Under the pieces are notes generated by a model. It did no database searches, was not told the DNA's origin, and saw only the letters and a program-made list of their open reading frames with translations. From Alphaproteobacteria bacterium (GTDB taxonomy: Bacteria; Pseudomonadota; Alphaproteobacteria; UBA828), in contig CAXXVO010000007.1 in assembly GCA_963422645.2 (NCBI GenBank), positions 160,001-224,000 on the forward strand: DNA of 64,000 nucleotides. The letters are read 5' to 3'. The position numbers and the translations under genes are program-made. This document shows positions 53,216-64,000 of this stretch, piece by piece (positions within the stretch are counted from its first letter, which is position 1; each line of letters starts with the position of its first letter).

Positions 53216-53262
53216 GCATGGTCTCCCTCAGGCGATGAGCGCACAGGGAGCCCTGGCCCCGC

Positions 53263-54198
53263 TCAGGCGGGCGGGACCAGGGTGAGCCAGCGGTGATCGT
53301 CGTTGGAGCGGCCGCTCACGATCTCGGAGAAGCGCCGCTGGATCCGCCGCGTGACCGGGCCGATCCCGCCGGGTCCGATGGTGATCCGGTCGACGGAGCG
53401 GATCGGCGTGATCTCCGCCGCGGTGCCGGAGAAGAACAGCTCGTCCGCGCAATAGAGCAGCTCGCGGGGCATCGGGCATTCGCGCACCGGCACGTCGAGG
53501 TCGGCGGCGATGGTGAGAACCGCGTTCCGCGTGATGCCGGAGAGGTTGCTGCCGTCAATCGGCGGCGTCAGCAGGGCGCCGTCCATCACCGCGAAGAGAT
53601 TCTGGCCGCTGCCCTCGCTGATCTGCCCGTCGTGGGTTAGCGCGATCGCTTCGACGAAGCCGTTGGCCATCGCCTCCAGCTTGATGAGCTGCGCGTTGTT
53701 GTAGTGCCCAGTCGCCTTGGCCATGCCGGGGAAGGTGTTGGGCGCGGCGCGGCTCCACGAGGAGACACAGACGTCGACGCCCCGCTCCAGGGCGTCTGCA
53801 CCAAGATAGGCGCCCCACTCCCAGGCCGGAATACAAGTCTCGATCGGGCTGCCGATGCCGTCCATCCCGATGGCGCCGTAACCGCGCATGATTACCGGGC
53901 GGATGTAGCAGTGGCGGAGCCCGTTGCGCCCTATCAGGGCGAAGCAGGCCTCAGTCAGCTCCTCGTCGCTGTAGCCTATCTCCATGCGATAGATCCGGGC
54001 GGAATTGCGCAGCCGCTTCAGATGCTCGGCCAAGCGGAAGACGGCGGGGCCGCCGGTGGTGTCGTAGCAGCGGATGCCCTCGAAGACCGAGGAGCCGAAC
54101 TGAACGGCGGTGGCCAGGATATGAACCGTGGCGTCCTGCCAACGGACGAATTCCCCGTCGCGCCAGATCCACTCGGTCTCCTTGAATGTCGTGCTCAT
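53263..54198 (-). CDS. ilvE: Branched-chain amino acid aminotransferase
   Basis: VFEGIRCY, YIRP, AKATGHY, EGSGQNLF, GITR, GTAAEITP. Confidence 0.9.
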   Translation of the reverse strand: MSTTFKETEWIWRDGEFVRWQDATVHILATAVQFGSSVFEGIRCYDTTGGPAVFRLAEHLKRLRNSARIYRMEIGYSDEELTEACFALIGRNGLRHCYIRPVIMRGYGAIGMDGIGSPIETCIPAWEWGAYLGADALERGVDVCVSSWSRAAPNTFPGMAKATGHYNNAQLIKLEAMANGFVEAIALTHDGQISEGSGQNLFAVMDGALLTPPIDGSNLSGITRNAVLTIAADLDVPVRECPMPRELLYCADELFFSGTAAEITPIRSVDRITIGPGGIGPVTRRIQRRFSEIVSGRSNDDHRWLTLVPPA

Positions 54199-54336
54199 CA
54201 TCTCTCCGGCAGGCTCGAGGGGCGTGCGGGCGGGGATGTTAGTGGAGCAGGGGCCGCGCGGCCATCCTTGTTGCATCCTCTGTCGGTGCCGGTCGCACAC
54301 CACCGACCTCCATCGCTCTCAGGCGAGGCATAATGT

Positions 54337-54405
54337 GTTCGCTTTTTGTTCAAACTCGGGTCCCTTACATATACAGTGTGACCAGGAGGGGTTCTGGTTC
54401 AGTTA
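54337..54405 (+). promoter_or_regulatory. Alphaproteobacterial LexA box overlapping a putative promoter
   Basis: GTTC-GCTTTTT-GTTC at 54337-54351; TTCAAA(54349)-N17-TACAGT(54372); a second imperfect GTTC-N7-GTTA at 54391-54405. Confidence 0.65.
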
Positions 54406-54442
54406 GTTCCGGCGCCTTGGGTCCTGCCGGTCAGAGGTAACG

Positions 54443-54943
54443 ATGCGCAAATGGTACGTCGTCCAAACGCGGCCCCATCAGGAGCAGCGCGCTGAAGTTA
54501 ACCTGGCGCGCCAGGGGTACCGGGTGTGGCTGCCGGTGACGGAGCGCTCCCGCCGCCAGGCAAAGCGCATCGAAACCGGGTACGCACCGCTCTTTCCACA
54601 GTACCTGTTCGTGCAACTCGATATCGGGCGCGAGCCGTGGCGCGCCATCAACGGCACCTTCGGGGTGAAGCGGCTTCTCGCCGACGGCCCGCGGCCTCAG
54701 CCGCTGCCCGGCGAATTCGTTGCTGCACTGCGGGAGGCGACCGGGACCGACGGCGTGAGCACACCCGCGCCGCCCGAGTTGCAGCCGGGAGATGCCGTCA
54801 CCATCACCGTTGGTCCCTTCGTGGAGTGCGCGGCGGTCGTCCTGCGGCTTGCGCCGCGCGAGAGGGTCGAGGTGCTGCTGGATGTTATGGGCGGGCGGGT
54901 GCCGGCCCGGCTTCCCATTCGATCGGTTATCGCCAGCGCCTGA
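54443..54943 (+). CDS. RfaH-like NusG paralogue (NGN + KOW)
   Basis: WYVVQTRP..E.RA..NL..QG, PLFPQYLFV, INGTFGV, PGDAV.I..GPF. Confidence 0.85.
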   Translation: MRKWYVVQTRPHQEQRAEVNLARQGYRVWLPVTERSRRQAKRIETGYAPLFPQYLFVQLDIGREPWRAINGTFGVKRLLADGPRPQPLPGEFVAALREATGTDGVSTPAPPELQPGDAVTITVGPFVECAAVVLRLAPRERVEVLLDVMGGRVPARLPIRSVIASA

Positions 54944-54962
54944 ACCCGCCGGCGATTTAGCT

Positions 54963-55889
54963 CTAGGTTTGTCCCTTGCCCCGGTAGATGCCGATGACCG
55001 TGTTCAGCATGGCGAGAGCATCAACGCGCGGGCGCTGGAAGCTGTTGCGGCCGATGATCGAGCCGCTGCCCCCGCCGGCATGGATCGCGCGAACCTCGCC
55101 GAAGAGCCCTTCCAGCCCCTTCGCGGCACCGCCAGAGAAGACCACGAGCCGGCGCCCGGCGAAGGCCGCCTGCATGATGTGCGCGATCCGCTTCTGCAGC
55201 GTCTCGCCGCCCACACCTGCGGCGTTGTAGGCCTTGGCGGCGGCCTCCTGCTCCAGATGGGCGGTGGGCGGCTTGACCTTGATGATGTGGGCGCCGGCAA
55301 GCGCGGCCATGTGCGCTGCATAGGCCACCACGTCGAGTGCGGTCTCACCCTCCTTGGAGAGCGACCCGCCACGCGGGTAGGACCAGACCACCACTGCGAG
55401 CCCGTGCGCCTTCGCCTCCGCCGCGAGCTCGCGGATCTCCTCGATCATCTCGTACTGATGGTCGGAGGCGGGATAGATGGTGAATCCAATGGCCGAGCAG
55501 CCCAGCCGGAGCGCGTCACGCACCGAGCCGGTCACGGCCTGATCCCTGGCCGAGCCCAGCGAATTGGCGTTGTTGACCTTGAGAATTGTCGGGATTGCAC
55601 CGGCGAAGCTCTCGGCGCCTGCTTCGATCATGCCGAGCGGGCTCGCGAACGCGTTGAAACCCGCGTCGATGGCAAGCTGCCAGTGGTAGTGCGGGTCGTA
55701 GGCTGGCGGGTTGGGTGCGAAGCTGCGCGCCGGACCATGCTCGAAGCCCTGATCGACGGGCAGGATGACCATGCGCCCGGTGCCGCCGAGGCGACCGTGC
55801 ATCAGGATGCGAGCGAGGTTCGCTTTCGTGCCCGGATTGTCGCTCTCATACCAGGAGAGAATTTCTCTGACGCGCCTGGTGATTCGCAT
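54963..55889 (-). CDS. fbaB: Class I fructose-bisphosphate aldolase (DhnA type)
   Basis: ILPVDQGFEHGP, WSYPRG, HIIKVK, GSIIGRNSFQR. Confidence 0.93.
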   Translation of the reverse strand: MRITRRVREILSWYESDNPGTKANLARILMHGRLGGTGRMVILPVDQGFEHGPARSFAPNPPAYDPHYHWQLAIDAGFNAFASPLGMIEAGAESFAGAIPTILKVNNANSLGSARDQAVTGSVRDALRLGCSAIGFTIYPASDHQYEMIEEIRELAAEAKAHGLAVVVWSYPRGGSLSKEGETALDVVAYAAHMAALAGAHIIKVKPPTAHLEQEAAAKAYNAAGVGGETLQKRIAHIMQAAFAGRRLVVFSGGAAKGLEGLFGEVRAIHAGGGSGSIIGRNSFQRPRVDALAMLNTVIGIYRGKGQT

Positions 55890-55927
55890 GGCCCATCCTG
55901 ACCGAGGCGCGGCTCGTTTTCCAGAGC

Positions 55928-56362
55928 TTATGAACGTCCGGCATGCCCTTTTGCGAGATAGGCGGCGCTGTCACGCTCCGGGTCGGCGGAATGGACGAGA
56001 TCGAGCGCGTCCCGAGCCGGACCGGCAGTAATCAGCCGGCCGCTCTGCCCGTCCGCGATGGCCTGGAGGGTCTTGCGCATGACTCCGCGGCCGGTGAACG
56101 CCACGTTGGCGAGGCCCCGGCGCAGCGCCTCGTGGGCGAGCACGGCGCTGCCCCTGCAGTCGACGACCGCATCGTGGTCGGCTTCCGGCACTGCCTCCTT
56201 GGCCTTCTCGAAGACCGTACCGAGAAAACCGAGACCCGCGTAGGAAGCGGCGCCGGGCGCGGACCAGAGCGTGACCGGAACTCCGGCTGCCGCGGCCGCA
56301 CGGAGCGCGCCGACGGCCTGGTCGAGATCGTGCACGACGATCGCGGGACGCCGTGCGCTCAT
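55928..56362 (-). CDS. Hypothetical protein (144 aa) in the glycolytic operon
   Basis: AIVVHDLDQA..AL....VTLWSAPGAASYAG...VDC. Fills the pgk-fbaB gap on the operon strand. Confidence 0.65.
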   Translation of the reverse strand: MSARRPAIVVHDLDQAVGALRAAAAAGVPVTLWSAPGAASYAGLGFLGTVFEKAKEAVPEADHDAVVDCRGSAVLAHEALRRGLANVAFTGRGVMRKTLQAIADGQSGRLITAGPARDALDLVHSADPERDSAAYLAKGHAGRS

Positions 56363-56369
56363 GGCCCGC

Positions 56370-57578
56370 TCACGGGGTGCTCGCGGTCTCGAGTGCCGCG
56401 ACCCCCGGCAGTGTCTTACCCTCCAGCCATTCGAGGAAGGCACCGCCGGCAGTGGAGACGTAGCTGAGGTCGCCGAGCACGCCTGCGCCTTGAAGGGCTG
56501 CGACCGTGTCCCCGCCGCCGGCGACGGAGAGCAGTCTACCTTCATCGGTGAGCCGCGCGGCGGCGCGGGCACAGCGCGTCGTCGCGCGATCGAAGGGCGG
56601 GATCTCGAATGCCCCGAGGGGCCCGTTCCAGACCAGGGTGCGCGACTCTGCCAGCGCCGCTTCGATTTGCGCACAAGACTCGGGCCCGAGGTCGAGGATC
56701 ATTCCATTTGCCGGAACGTCGGCCGCGCGCGTTACCACACCCTCGGCACCCTCCCTGAACTCCCGCGTCACCATCACGTCGGTGGGGAGGACGATCCCGC
56801 AGCCGGCGCCCGACGCCTCTCCCATGATGCGGCGCGCATCCGCCGCCAAGTCTGGCTCGTGAAGCGACGCCCCGACGGAAACCCCCTGCGCGTGGAGGAA
56901 GGTGTTGGCCATAGCGCCGCCGATGACGAGGCGGTCCACTCGCTCAATCAAGTTGGCGAGGAGCGCGAGCTTGGTCGAGACCTTGGCGCCGCCGACCACG
57001 GCGATGACCGGCCGCTCGGGCGCCTGCAGCGCCTTGCCGAGCGCCTCCAGCTCCGCCTGCATGAGTCGCCCCGCCGCGTTCGGCAGGCGCTCTGCCACGG
57101 CGGTGGTCGACACATGGGCCCGGTGCGCCGCAGAGAACGCGTCGTTGACGTAGAAATCGGCGAGGCGCGCGAGGGCATCGGCGAAGGCGGGATCGTTCGC
57201 CTCCTCGCCCGCGTGGAAGCGCAGGTTCTCCAGCAACGCGACTTCGCCCGGCGCGAGGGTGGCAACCGCCGCCTCCGCTTCCGCGCCCGCACAATCGGGC
57301 ACGAAGCGAACCGGGAGGCCACCGAGCGCCTGGGAGAGAGGCTCGGCAATCGGCCCGAGCGACATGGCCGCTACGGGCTTCCCCTTGGGCCGGCCGAAAT
57401 GCGAGGCGACGATGACCTTCGCCCCGCGCCCCGCGAGTTCCGCAAGCGTGGGCGCCACCCGGTCGATCCGCGTGGTATCGCCCACCGCGCCTTCGCGCAT
57501 CGGTACGTTCAGGTCTACCCGCACCAAGACGCGTTTGCCGGCGACCTCGATATCGTCAAGCGTGCGAAACGCGGTCAT
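56370..57578 (-). CDS. pgk: Phosphoglycerate kinase
   Basis: [42 protein letters not shown]. Confidence 0.97.
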   Translation of the reverse strand: MTAFRTLDDIEVAGKRVLVRVDLNVPMREGAVGDTTRIDRVAPTLAELAGRGAKVIVASHFGRPKGKPVAAMSLGPIAEPLSQALGGLPVRFVPDCAGAEAEAAVATLAPGEVALLENLRFHAGEEANDPAFADALARLADFYVNDAFSAAHRAHVSTTAVAERLPNAAGRLMQAELEALGKALQAPERPVIAVVGGAKVSTKLALLANLIERVDRLVIGGAMANTFLHAQGVSVGASLHEPDLAADARRIMGEASGAGCGIVLPTDVMVTREFREGAEGVVTRAADVPANGMILDLGPESCAQIEAALAESRTLVWNGPLGAFEIPPFDRATTRCARAAARLTDEGRLLSVAGGGDTVAALQGAGVLGDLSYVSTAGGAFLEWLEGKTLPGVAALETASTP

Positions 57579-57615
57579 GTCACGGGCGAAAGACCGAGCG
57601 GTCGCGCGGACACCG

Positions 57616-58620
57616 TCACAGGTTGCCGAGATGGGCCGCGACATCGCCCATCCGGTTCGAAAAACCCCATTCGTTGTCGTACCAGGAAAGCACGCGGCCG
57701 AGCGTGCCATCGACCACGGCGGTCTGGCCGGTATCGACAATCGAGCTTTCCGGCCGGTGGTTGAAATCGACCGAGACCAGCGGCTCCTCGCTGTAGGCGA
57801 GCACGCCGGCCATGTCCCCGGCGGCGGCGTTCGCCACGGCTTCGTTGATCTCGTCCACGGATGTCGTCCGTTTGGCGACGAAGCTGAGATCGACCATCGA
57901 GACGTTGGAGGTCGGCACCCTGACCGCCGTGCCGTCCAGCTTGCCGGCGAGCGCGGGCAGCACGAGACCCACGGCGCGCGCGGCGCCGGTTGACGTGGGG
58001 ATCATCGAGCCCGCCGCACCGCGCGCGCGCCGCAGGTCCTTGTGGAGCGTGTCGAGTACCGGCTGGTCCAGCGTGTAGGCGTGCACCGTGGTCATGAATC
58101 CGCTCTCGATCCCGATCGCCTCGTGCAGCACCGACGCGACCGGGGCCAGGCAGTTGGTGGTGCAGGACGCGTTGGAAACGATGCGGTGCTCGGGCGTGAG
58201 CGCGGTGTGATTGACGCCATAGACCACGGTGAGGTCGGAATCCCTTCCGGGGGCCGAGATCAGCACCGCCCGGGCGCCGGCCTCCAGATGGGCCGCGGCT
58301 TTCTCACGCGCCGTGAAGATCCCGGTGCACTCCAGCGCCACGTCGATGCCGAGGTCGGTCCAGGGCAGCCGCGCCGGGTCGCGCTCGCTCAGCACCTGGA
58401 TCGGCCCCGAGCCGATGTCGATGGAGCCGTCCGCCACCTCGATCGTGCCGGGGAAGCGCCCGTGGACCGAATCGTAGCGCAGCAGGTGGGCGTTGGTCTC
58501 CACGTCGCCCAGATCGTTCAGGGCGACGACGGTGAGATCGGTGCGGCCGGACTCGTGGATCGCGCGCAAAATGTTGCGGCCGATCCGCCCGAATCCGTTG
58601 ATGGCGATGCGAACCGTCAT
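57616..58620 (-). CDS. gap: Glyceraldehyde-3-phosphate dehydrogenase
   Basis: [24 protein letters not shown]. Confidence 0.97.
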   Translation of the reverse strand: MTVRIAINGFGRIGRNILRAIHESGRTDLTVVALNDLGDVETNAHLLRYDSVHGRFPGTIEVADGSIDIGSGPIQVLSERDPARLPWTDLGIDVALECTGIFTAREKAAAHLEAGARAVLISAPGRDSDLTVVYGVNHTALTPEHRIVSNASCTTNCLAPVASVLHEAIGIESGFMTTVHAYTLDQPVLDTLHKDLRRARGAAGSMIPTSTGAARAVGLVLPALAGKLDGTAVRVPTSNVSMVDLSFVAKRTTSVDEINEAVANAAAGDMAGVLAYSEEPLVSVDFNHRPESSIVDTGQTAVVDGTLGRVLSWYDNEWGFSNRMGDVAAHLGNL

Positions 58621-58684
58621 ATTCCCTCCGCTCTGTGAGATGCCGCGTCTAGGCTGCGGCCCCGAACCGCGACCGCCGGAGCGG

Positions 58685-60706
58685 TCAGGAGCGTTGCAGT
58701 CTCTGCTTGGCTGCTGCGACCACGGCGTCGGCCGTGATGCCGAAGTGGGCGTAAAGCTCCTTGGCAGGCGCCGAGCCGCCGAAGCTCCGCATCCCGACGA
58801 CGGTGCCGTCGGGGCCTACGTAGCGCTCCCAGCCGAGCGGGCTTGCGGCTTCGACCGCAACCCGGATCGCGTCGGCGCCCAGCACGCTCTCGCGATAGGC
58901 GGGCTCCTGCTCGTCGAACAGCTCCCAGCAGGGGACAGACACCAGCCGCGTCGGCACGCCGTCGGCTTCCAGCGTCTGCCGCGCCTCGTCGGCAATCGCG
59001 CATTCCGACCCCGTCGCGAGCAGCACGACCGCGGGTTTTCCCGACGACGCCTCGCGCAGCATGTAGCCGCCGCGCGCGCAGGCATTCTCGGAGCCATTCT
59101 CGTCCGTCCGCAAGTAGGGCACGCCCTGCCGGGTCAGCGCGAGCACCGACGGGCGCTCGGCGTTGGCCAGGGCGAGCTCCCAGCATTCCGCCGTTTCGAT
59201 GGCATCGGCGGGCCGGAAGAGTAGCAGGTTGGGCATGGCCCGAAGGCTCGCGAGATGCTCGACCGGCTGATGGGTCGGGCCGTCCTCCCCGAGGCCGATG
59301 GAATCGTGGGTCATCACGTAGATGACGCGGAGCTCCATAAGTGCAGAAAGCCGGATCGCCGGCCGGCAATAGTCGGTGAAGGTGAGGAAGGTGCCGCCGA
59401 AGGGAATGACCCCGCCGTGGAGCGCCATGCCGTTCATCACCGCGCCCATGGCGTGCTCGCGCACCCCGTAATAGAGGTAGCGGCCGCCGTAATCGCCGGG
59501 CGTGATCGGCGCGAGTTCGTCGCTCTTCGTGCCGTTGGAGCCGGTGAGGTCGGCCGACCCGCCGAGGAGGGACGGCAAGGCGTCGGCGATGGCGCCGATG
59601 ACACGCTTATTGGCCACCCTGGTAGCGATGGTGGGGCGCTCCTCGGCAAGCGCGGCCTTCAGGCTTGCGAGAGCCTCCAGGAGTGCCGGCGGCAGCGCGC
59701 CTGCGACCGCATCGTCGAATTCGGCCCGTTGCCCTTCGTCGAGGTCGGCGTGACGCGCCTCCCAGGCTCCTCGAGCCTCTCGGCCCCGCGCGCCGGCAGC
59801 GCGCCAAGCGGCGAGGATCGCATCGGGCACCGTGAAGGGTGCATGCGGCCAAACCAGTGCCTCACGGGTGCCCGCAATCTCGTCAGGTCCGAGCGGCGCG
59901 CCATGGCTCGCGGCGGTGCCGGCCTTCGTAGGCGCGCCGTAGCCGATCACCGTGCGGCACTCGATCATCGAAGGCCGGGACTCGGCCTTGGCTGCGCCGA
60001 TGGCCGCCGCCACCGCGTTGGGATCGTGGCCATCGACGCGCAGCGTGTGCCATCCGGCGGACTCGAAGCGCTTCCGCGCGTCGTCGGAGCAGGAGAGGCT
60101 GGTGGGCCCGTCGATGGAGATGTCGTTCGAATCGTAGAGCACAATCAGGCGGTCCAACCGTAGATGACCTGCGAGCGAGATCGCCTCCTGGCTGATGCCT
60201 TCCATCAGGCAGCCGTCGCCGCACACGACATAGGTGTGATGGTCCACCAGGTCGCCGCCGAAGCGGGCGGCCATGCTGCGCTCCGCCAGGGCCATGCCGA
60301 CCGCGTTGGCAAGGCCTTGGCCGAGCGGGCCGGTGGTGGTCTCGATCCCGGCAGCGAGGCCGTACTCCGGATGGCCCGCGGTGCGGCTGCCAAGCTGGCG
60401 GAAGTTGCGGATTTCTTCGATGTCGATGTCCGGATAGCCGGTGAGATAGAGCAGCGAATAGAGCAGCATCGAGCCGTGACCGTTCGACAGCACGAAGCGG
60501 TCCCGGTCGGGCCAATCGGGGCGCGCGGGATCGAACTTGAGGAAGCGGCCGAAGAGCACGGTCGCGACGTCGGCGAGACCCAATGGCATGCCGGGATGGC
60601 CGGAGCGGGCTTGCTCCACCGCATCCATCGAAAGGGCGCGGATGGCGTTCGCCATGTCCGCGTGGTCGACGCGCGGTGCGCGCCCTTCAGCCGTTGTGGA
60701 AGGCAT
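58685..60706 (-). CDS. tkt: Transketolase
   Basis: [35 protein letters not shown]. Confidence 0.97.
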   Translation of the reverse strand: MPSTTAEGRAPRVDHADMANAIRALSMDAVEQARSGHPGMPLGLADVATVLFGRFLKFDPARPDWPDRDRFVLSNGHGSMLLYSLLYLTGYPDIDIEEIRNFRQLGSRTAGHPEYGLAAGIETTTGPLGQGLANAVGMALAERSMAARFGGDLVDHHTYVVCGDGCLMEGISQEAISLAGHLRLDRLIVLYDSNDISIDGPTSLSCSDDARKRFESAGWHTLRVDGHDPNAVAAAIGAAKAESRPSMIECRTVIGYGAPTKAGTAASHGAPLGPDEIAGTREALVWPHAPFTVPDAILAAWRAAGARGREARGAWEARHADLDEGQRAEFDDAVAGALPPALLEALASLKAALAEERPTIATRVANKRVIGAIADALPSLLGGSADLTGSNGTKSDELAPITPGDYGGRYLYYGVREHAMGAVMNGMALHGGVIPFGGTFLTFTDYCRPAIRLSALMELRVIYVMTHDSIGLGEDGPTHQPVEHLASLRAMPNLLLFRPADAIETAECWELALANAERPSVLALTRQGVPYLRTDENGSENACARGGYMLREASSGKPAVVLLATGSECAIADEARQTLEADGVPTRLVSVPCWELFDEQEPAYRESVLGADAIRVAVEAASPLGWERYVGPDGTVVGMRSFGGSAPAKELYAHFGITADAVVAAAKQRLQRS

Positions 60707-60796
60707 GGGCCCTCGTCCTGTGCCGCGCCATCGCGCCGAAAAGTGCGCGCAACATGCCCCCCACCGGGGTGAGCGTCAACCGCGCGCTCGCGCGAG

Positions 60797-61333
60797 CTAG
60801 AACGAGGAGTTGGGGGTCTTGAGGAAGGCGATTTCCTCGGGCGTGGAGGGGCGCGAGAGCGCCTTGTTGCGGTGCGGATAACGCCCGAAGCGGTCGATGA
60901 TCGCCTTGTGCTGCAGCTCGTAGTCGAGGCTTCTGGGATCGTCGATGGACTCGAAAAGGCGCACGGCGATTTCGTGGATCAGGCGCGATTCGCTGTGCTC
61001 GTAGGGCATGTAAAAGAACTTCCGGCGCTCCAGCGGCACCGCCCGGTCGGCACGCGCGCGCAGGGCCTCCTGCGCCAGCACGAGCGCCATGCCGTCGCAT
61101 GCGAAGGCGCGCGGGTCCTCGCGGTAGAGGTTTCGGGAGAACTGGTCGAGCACGATGATTTCGGCCAGGCGGCCCTCCGGCACCTCGCGCCACTCGTGCA
61201 GCTCGCCGAGCGCGGCGCTGGCGTGAAGCGCGCCGAACTCGGTGCGGATCGCCTCGTCGAAGGCGGGGTCCTTGGTCCACCACTGATCGGGGCCATGGCG
61301 TTCGAACCAGAACGAGAGAACCCGTCCAATCAT
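60797..61333 (-). CDS. DUF924 family protein
   Basis: VLSFWF, IIVLDQFSRN, FFYMPYEHSE, RFGRYPHRN. Confidence 0.9.
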   Translation of the reverse strand: MIGRVLSFWFERHGPDQWWTKDPAFDEAIRTEFGALHASAALGELHEWREVPEGRLAEIIVLDQFSRNLYREDPRAFACDGMALVLAQEALRARADRAVPLERRKFFYMPYEHSESRLIHEIAVRLFESIDDPRSLDYELQHKAIIDRFGRYPHRNKALSRPSTPEEIAFLKTPNSSF

Positions 61334-61340
61334 TATTCCG

Positions 61341-62117
61341 TCACTCCTGACTGCTTGCAGCCAACGCCCGCGCACGCTCCAGTTGTGCCTGCGTATCGAC
61401 GCCGAGCGGGACCGTGTCCGCGAACGCGACCTCGATGCGCATCCCATCCTCCAGGGCGCGCAGCTGCTCCAGACGCTCCCGGCGCTCGAGCGGGCTCGGC
61501 GGGAGCGCGACGAAGCGGGCAAGCGCTTCACGCCTATAGGCGTAGAGGCCGATATGGTGCCAGAGCGGGCCCTCGCCGGAGGGCGCGGTCGCGCGGGTGA
61601 AATAGAGGGCCCGGCCCTGCGTCTCCCCCGGCCGATGGGAAACCACGGCCTTGACCACGCTGGGGTCGTCGCGCTCCGCCGGGCTGACGATCTCGGCCGC
61701 GAGCGTGCCGATTTCGACCGCAGGGTCCGCCAGGAGCGCGAGCGCGCGCGCCAGCAGAGCGGGGTCCAGAGTGGGCAGATCGCCCTGCAGGTTGACCACC
61801 GCGTCGTGGTTGCCTGCCGGATCGATGGCCTGGAGCGCCTCGAATATCCGGTCGGAGCCGGATGGATGATCGGGGTCAGTGATGACCGCGCGCCCGCCAG
61901 CGCGCTCGACCGCCTCGGAAATTGCGGGCTCGGCGCAGGCGACGATCACGGGGCCGATCTCCGCAGCCTCAGCTCGCTCCAGCACGTGCACGATCATCGG
62001 CCGGCCGGCGATGTCGGCAAGGGGCTTGCCGGGAAGACGGGTCGAGGCCATGCGCGCCGGAATCAGCACGATTGGGTTCCGGGGCGGCAGCTTGGTGGTG
62101 TTGCCGGAGACGCTCAT
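61341..62117 (-). CDS. kdsB: 3-deoxy-manno-octulosonate cytidylyltransferase
   Basis: [33 protein letters not shown]. Confidence 0.95.
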   Translation of the reverse strand: MSVSGNTTKLPPRNPIVLIPARMASTRLPGKPLADIAGRPMIVHVLERAEAAEIGPVIVACAEPAISEAVERAGGRAVITDPDHPSGSDRIFEALQAIDPAGNHDAVVNLQGDLPTLDPALLARALALLADPAVEIGTLAAEIVSPAERDDPSVVKAVVSHRPGETQGRALYFTRATAPSGEGPLWHHIGLYAYRREALARFVALPPSPLERRERLEQLRALEDGMRIEVAFADTVPLGVDTQAQLERARALAASSQE

Positions 62118-62138
62118 CCGCCTCGCCGTGCCGACTGG

Positions 62139-64000
62139 TCAGCCGGCCGTCACGGGCGCCGTGGCGGCACGAAGCCAGGCGAGCGTCGCCTTGTCGTCCG
62201 CGAGCAGGGGCGCGAGCGTCTCCGCGACGCGCGCGTGATAGGCATCGAGCCATGCGCGCTCGTCTGCGGTCAGCATGGCGGGCTCAATGAGCGTGCGGTC
62301 GATGGGTGCGAGCGTCAGTGTCTCGAAGCCGAGGAAGCCCCCGTTGGCGTCGTCAGCCTCCTTCACCGCCACCAGGTTCTCGATCCGGATGCCGTAGGCG
62401 CCGGTCCTGTAGTAGCCGGGCTCGTTGGAGACCACCATGCCGGGCGCGAGCGCCGCGCCCGAGCCCATCCGGGAGATGCGCTGCGGGCCCTCGTGCACGT
62501 TGAGGTAGTGGCCCACGCCGTGGCCGGTGCCGTGGTCGTAGTCGAGGCCCGCCTGCCACAGGAACTGGCGGGCGAGCGTGTCGAGCTGCGCACCGCTGGT
62601 GCCGCGCGGGAAGCGCGCCGTCGCCAGCGCGATATGGCCGCGCAACACGCGGGTGAAGCGGTCCCGGTGCTCGGGCTCAGGCCGGCCGATCGCAACCGTG
62701 CGGGTCACGTCTGTAGTGCCGTCCAGGTACTGCCCGCCCGAATCGACGAGGTAGAGGGTGCCGGGCTCCAGCGTGCGGTTGCTCTCTTCCGTCACCCGGT
62801 AATGGACGATGGCGCCGTTGGAACCGGCGCCCGAGATCGTGTCGAAGCTCGGACCCCGGTAGTGCTCGCCGCCGGCGCGCATCGCCGCCAACCGTGCAAC
62901 TGCATCGAGTTCGGTGATCGAGCCAGGCGGGGCGGCGGCAAGCCAAGCCAGGAAGCGGGTCAAGGCCGCGCCGTCCCGGCGGTGGGCGGCGCGGATACCG
63001 TCGAGCTCGACGGCGTTCTTACGGGCCTTGGGCAGCGCGCAGGGATCGGCGTCGCGAATCACTTCTGCACCGCCTTCCCTCAGCCGATCGACCATCCAGA
63101 CCGGGGTCGTGGCCTCGTCGATCAGCACCGTCTTGCCCGCGCCGGCAAACGCGTCGAGCACATTCGCCATCGTCTCCGGCGCCTGCACGTGCACGGCGTT
63201 GCCGAGATGGGCCGGAAGCTCGGGCAGGAGCTTGCGGCTGTCTACAAACCAGTCCACGCCGCCGTCGCCGTGCATGATGGCGAAGGAGTGAGGGAGGGGG
63301 CTGTTGGCAACATCGGCGCCGCGGACGTTGAGCAGCCAGGCGATCGAATCGGGTGCGCTCAGCACCGCTGCGGCCGCACCCTTCTCCGTGAGCCGGGCGG
63401 CGACGGTCTCTCGCTTGTCGCTCGCCTCGGCACCAGAAAAGCGTGCCGGATGGGGGGCGATGGGGCCGAGCGGGGCCGGTGGCTGATCCGCCCACAGCGC
63501 GTCGATGGGATTGTCGTCGCACGGGACCAGGCGGGCGCCGACAGCGCGGCAGGGCGCCGCCATCCGGTCGCGCTCCCGCGTGCCGTGCAGCCGGGGGTCG
63601 TAGCCGAGCGCGGCGCCTTCCGCGAGATGATTCCGGAGCCATGCGTCGGCCGGCTCCTCGGTGATATGACGGTGCTCGTAGAGGCTGTCATCCACCTGCG
63701 CCGCCGCCTGAATTGTATAGCGCCCGTCGACGAAGAGTGCGGCCCGCTCGGCCAGCACGACCGCCATGCCGGCAGAGCCCGTGAAGCCGGTGAGCCACGC
63801 CAGCCGCTGTGAGCGCCGCGCCACGTACTCGCCCTGATGCTCGTCGCTGAGCGGCACCATGAAGCCATCGAGGCCGCGCTTGGCGAGCTCGGCCCTGAGC
63901 GCCGCGAGCCGGGTCTCTTGCTGCGGGGTGTCGATCCCGTCCGGTGCCTCGGCATAGGTCCGGCGCAGAGCCTCGAAGCTCTCGGCGTAGCCCGCACCGG
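62139..64000 (-). CDS. Aminopeptidase P (M24B) family; start lies beyond the window
   Basis: WLTGFTGSAG, DSGGQYLDGTTDVTRT, HGTGHGVG, VHEGP, SNEPGYY, IRIEN. Confidence 0.92.
   Translation of the reverse strand, partial: GAGYAESFEALRRTYAEAPDGIDTPQQETRLAALRAELAKRGLDGFMVPLSDEHQGEYVARRSQRLAWLTGFTGSAGMAVVLAERAALFVDGRYTIQAAAQVDDSLYEHRHITEEPADAWLRNHLAEGAALGYDPRLHGTRERDRMAAPCRAVGARLVPCDDNPIDALWADQPPAPLGPIAPHPARFSGAEASDKRETVAARLTEKGAAAAVLSAPDSIAWLLNVRGADVANSPLPHSFAIMHGDGGVDWFVDSRKLLPELPAHLGNAVHVQAPETMANVLDAFAGAGKTVLIDEATTPVWMVDRLREGGAEVIRDADPCALPKARKNAVELDGIRAAHRRDGAALTRFLAWLAAAPPGSITELDAVARLAAMRAGGEHYRGPSFDTISGAGSNGAIVHYRVTEESNRTLEPGTLYLVDSGGQYLDGTTDVTRTVAIGRPEPEHRDRFTRVLRGHIALATARFPRGTSGAQLDTLARQFLWQAGLDYDHGTGHGVGHYLNVHEGPQRISRMGSGAALAPGMVVSNEPGYYRTGAYGIRIENLVAVKEADDANGGFLGFETLTLAPIDRTLIEPAMLTADERAWLDAYHARVAETLAPLLADDKATLAWLRAATAPVTAG

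Overview
GC-rich alphaproteobacterial chromosome segment (Rhodospirillales-like gene order; this taxonomy is an inference) in two parts. (1) 1-19.6 kb is a decaying accessory and mobile region. It holds a deletion-damaged hydantoinase/DUF917/peptide-ABC operon, two tyrosine integrases joined in one reading frame, a DUF2806 pseudogene, an IS21 remnant and a DMT transporter. A VOC gene is interrupted by a head-to-tail dimer of an IS110 (bridge-recombinase) element; its target, 2-bp core, circle junction and a candidate bridge RNA can be read from the sequence. Next come a truncated second IS110 and an unclassified DDE insertion sequence that has repeatedly inserted into one fixed site 75 bp inside its own right end (two bodies, three stacked right ends). 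(2) 19.6-64 kb is mostly intact housekeeping DNA: nrdJ, dusA, hydantoinase/oxoprolinase A/B, lptBAC-kdsD, GS-like and isochorismatase genes, mrp, hflKC, DUF1015-miaA-ilvIHC-leuA, mreBCD-mrdA-rodA, ilvE, an orphan RfaH-like gene behind a LexA box, tkt-gap-pgk-fbaB, kdsB and an aminopeptidase P. No rRNA, tRNA or CRISPR array was seen. All calls come from reading the sequence and motifs; no searches were run.
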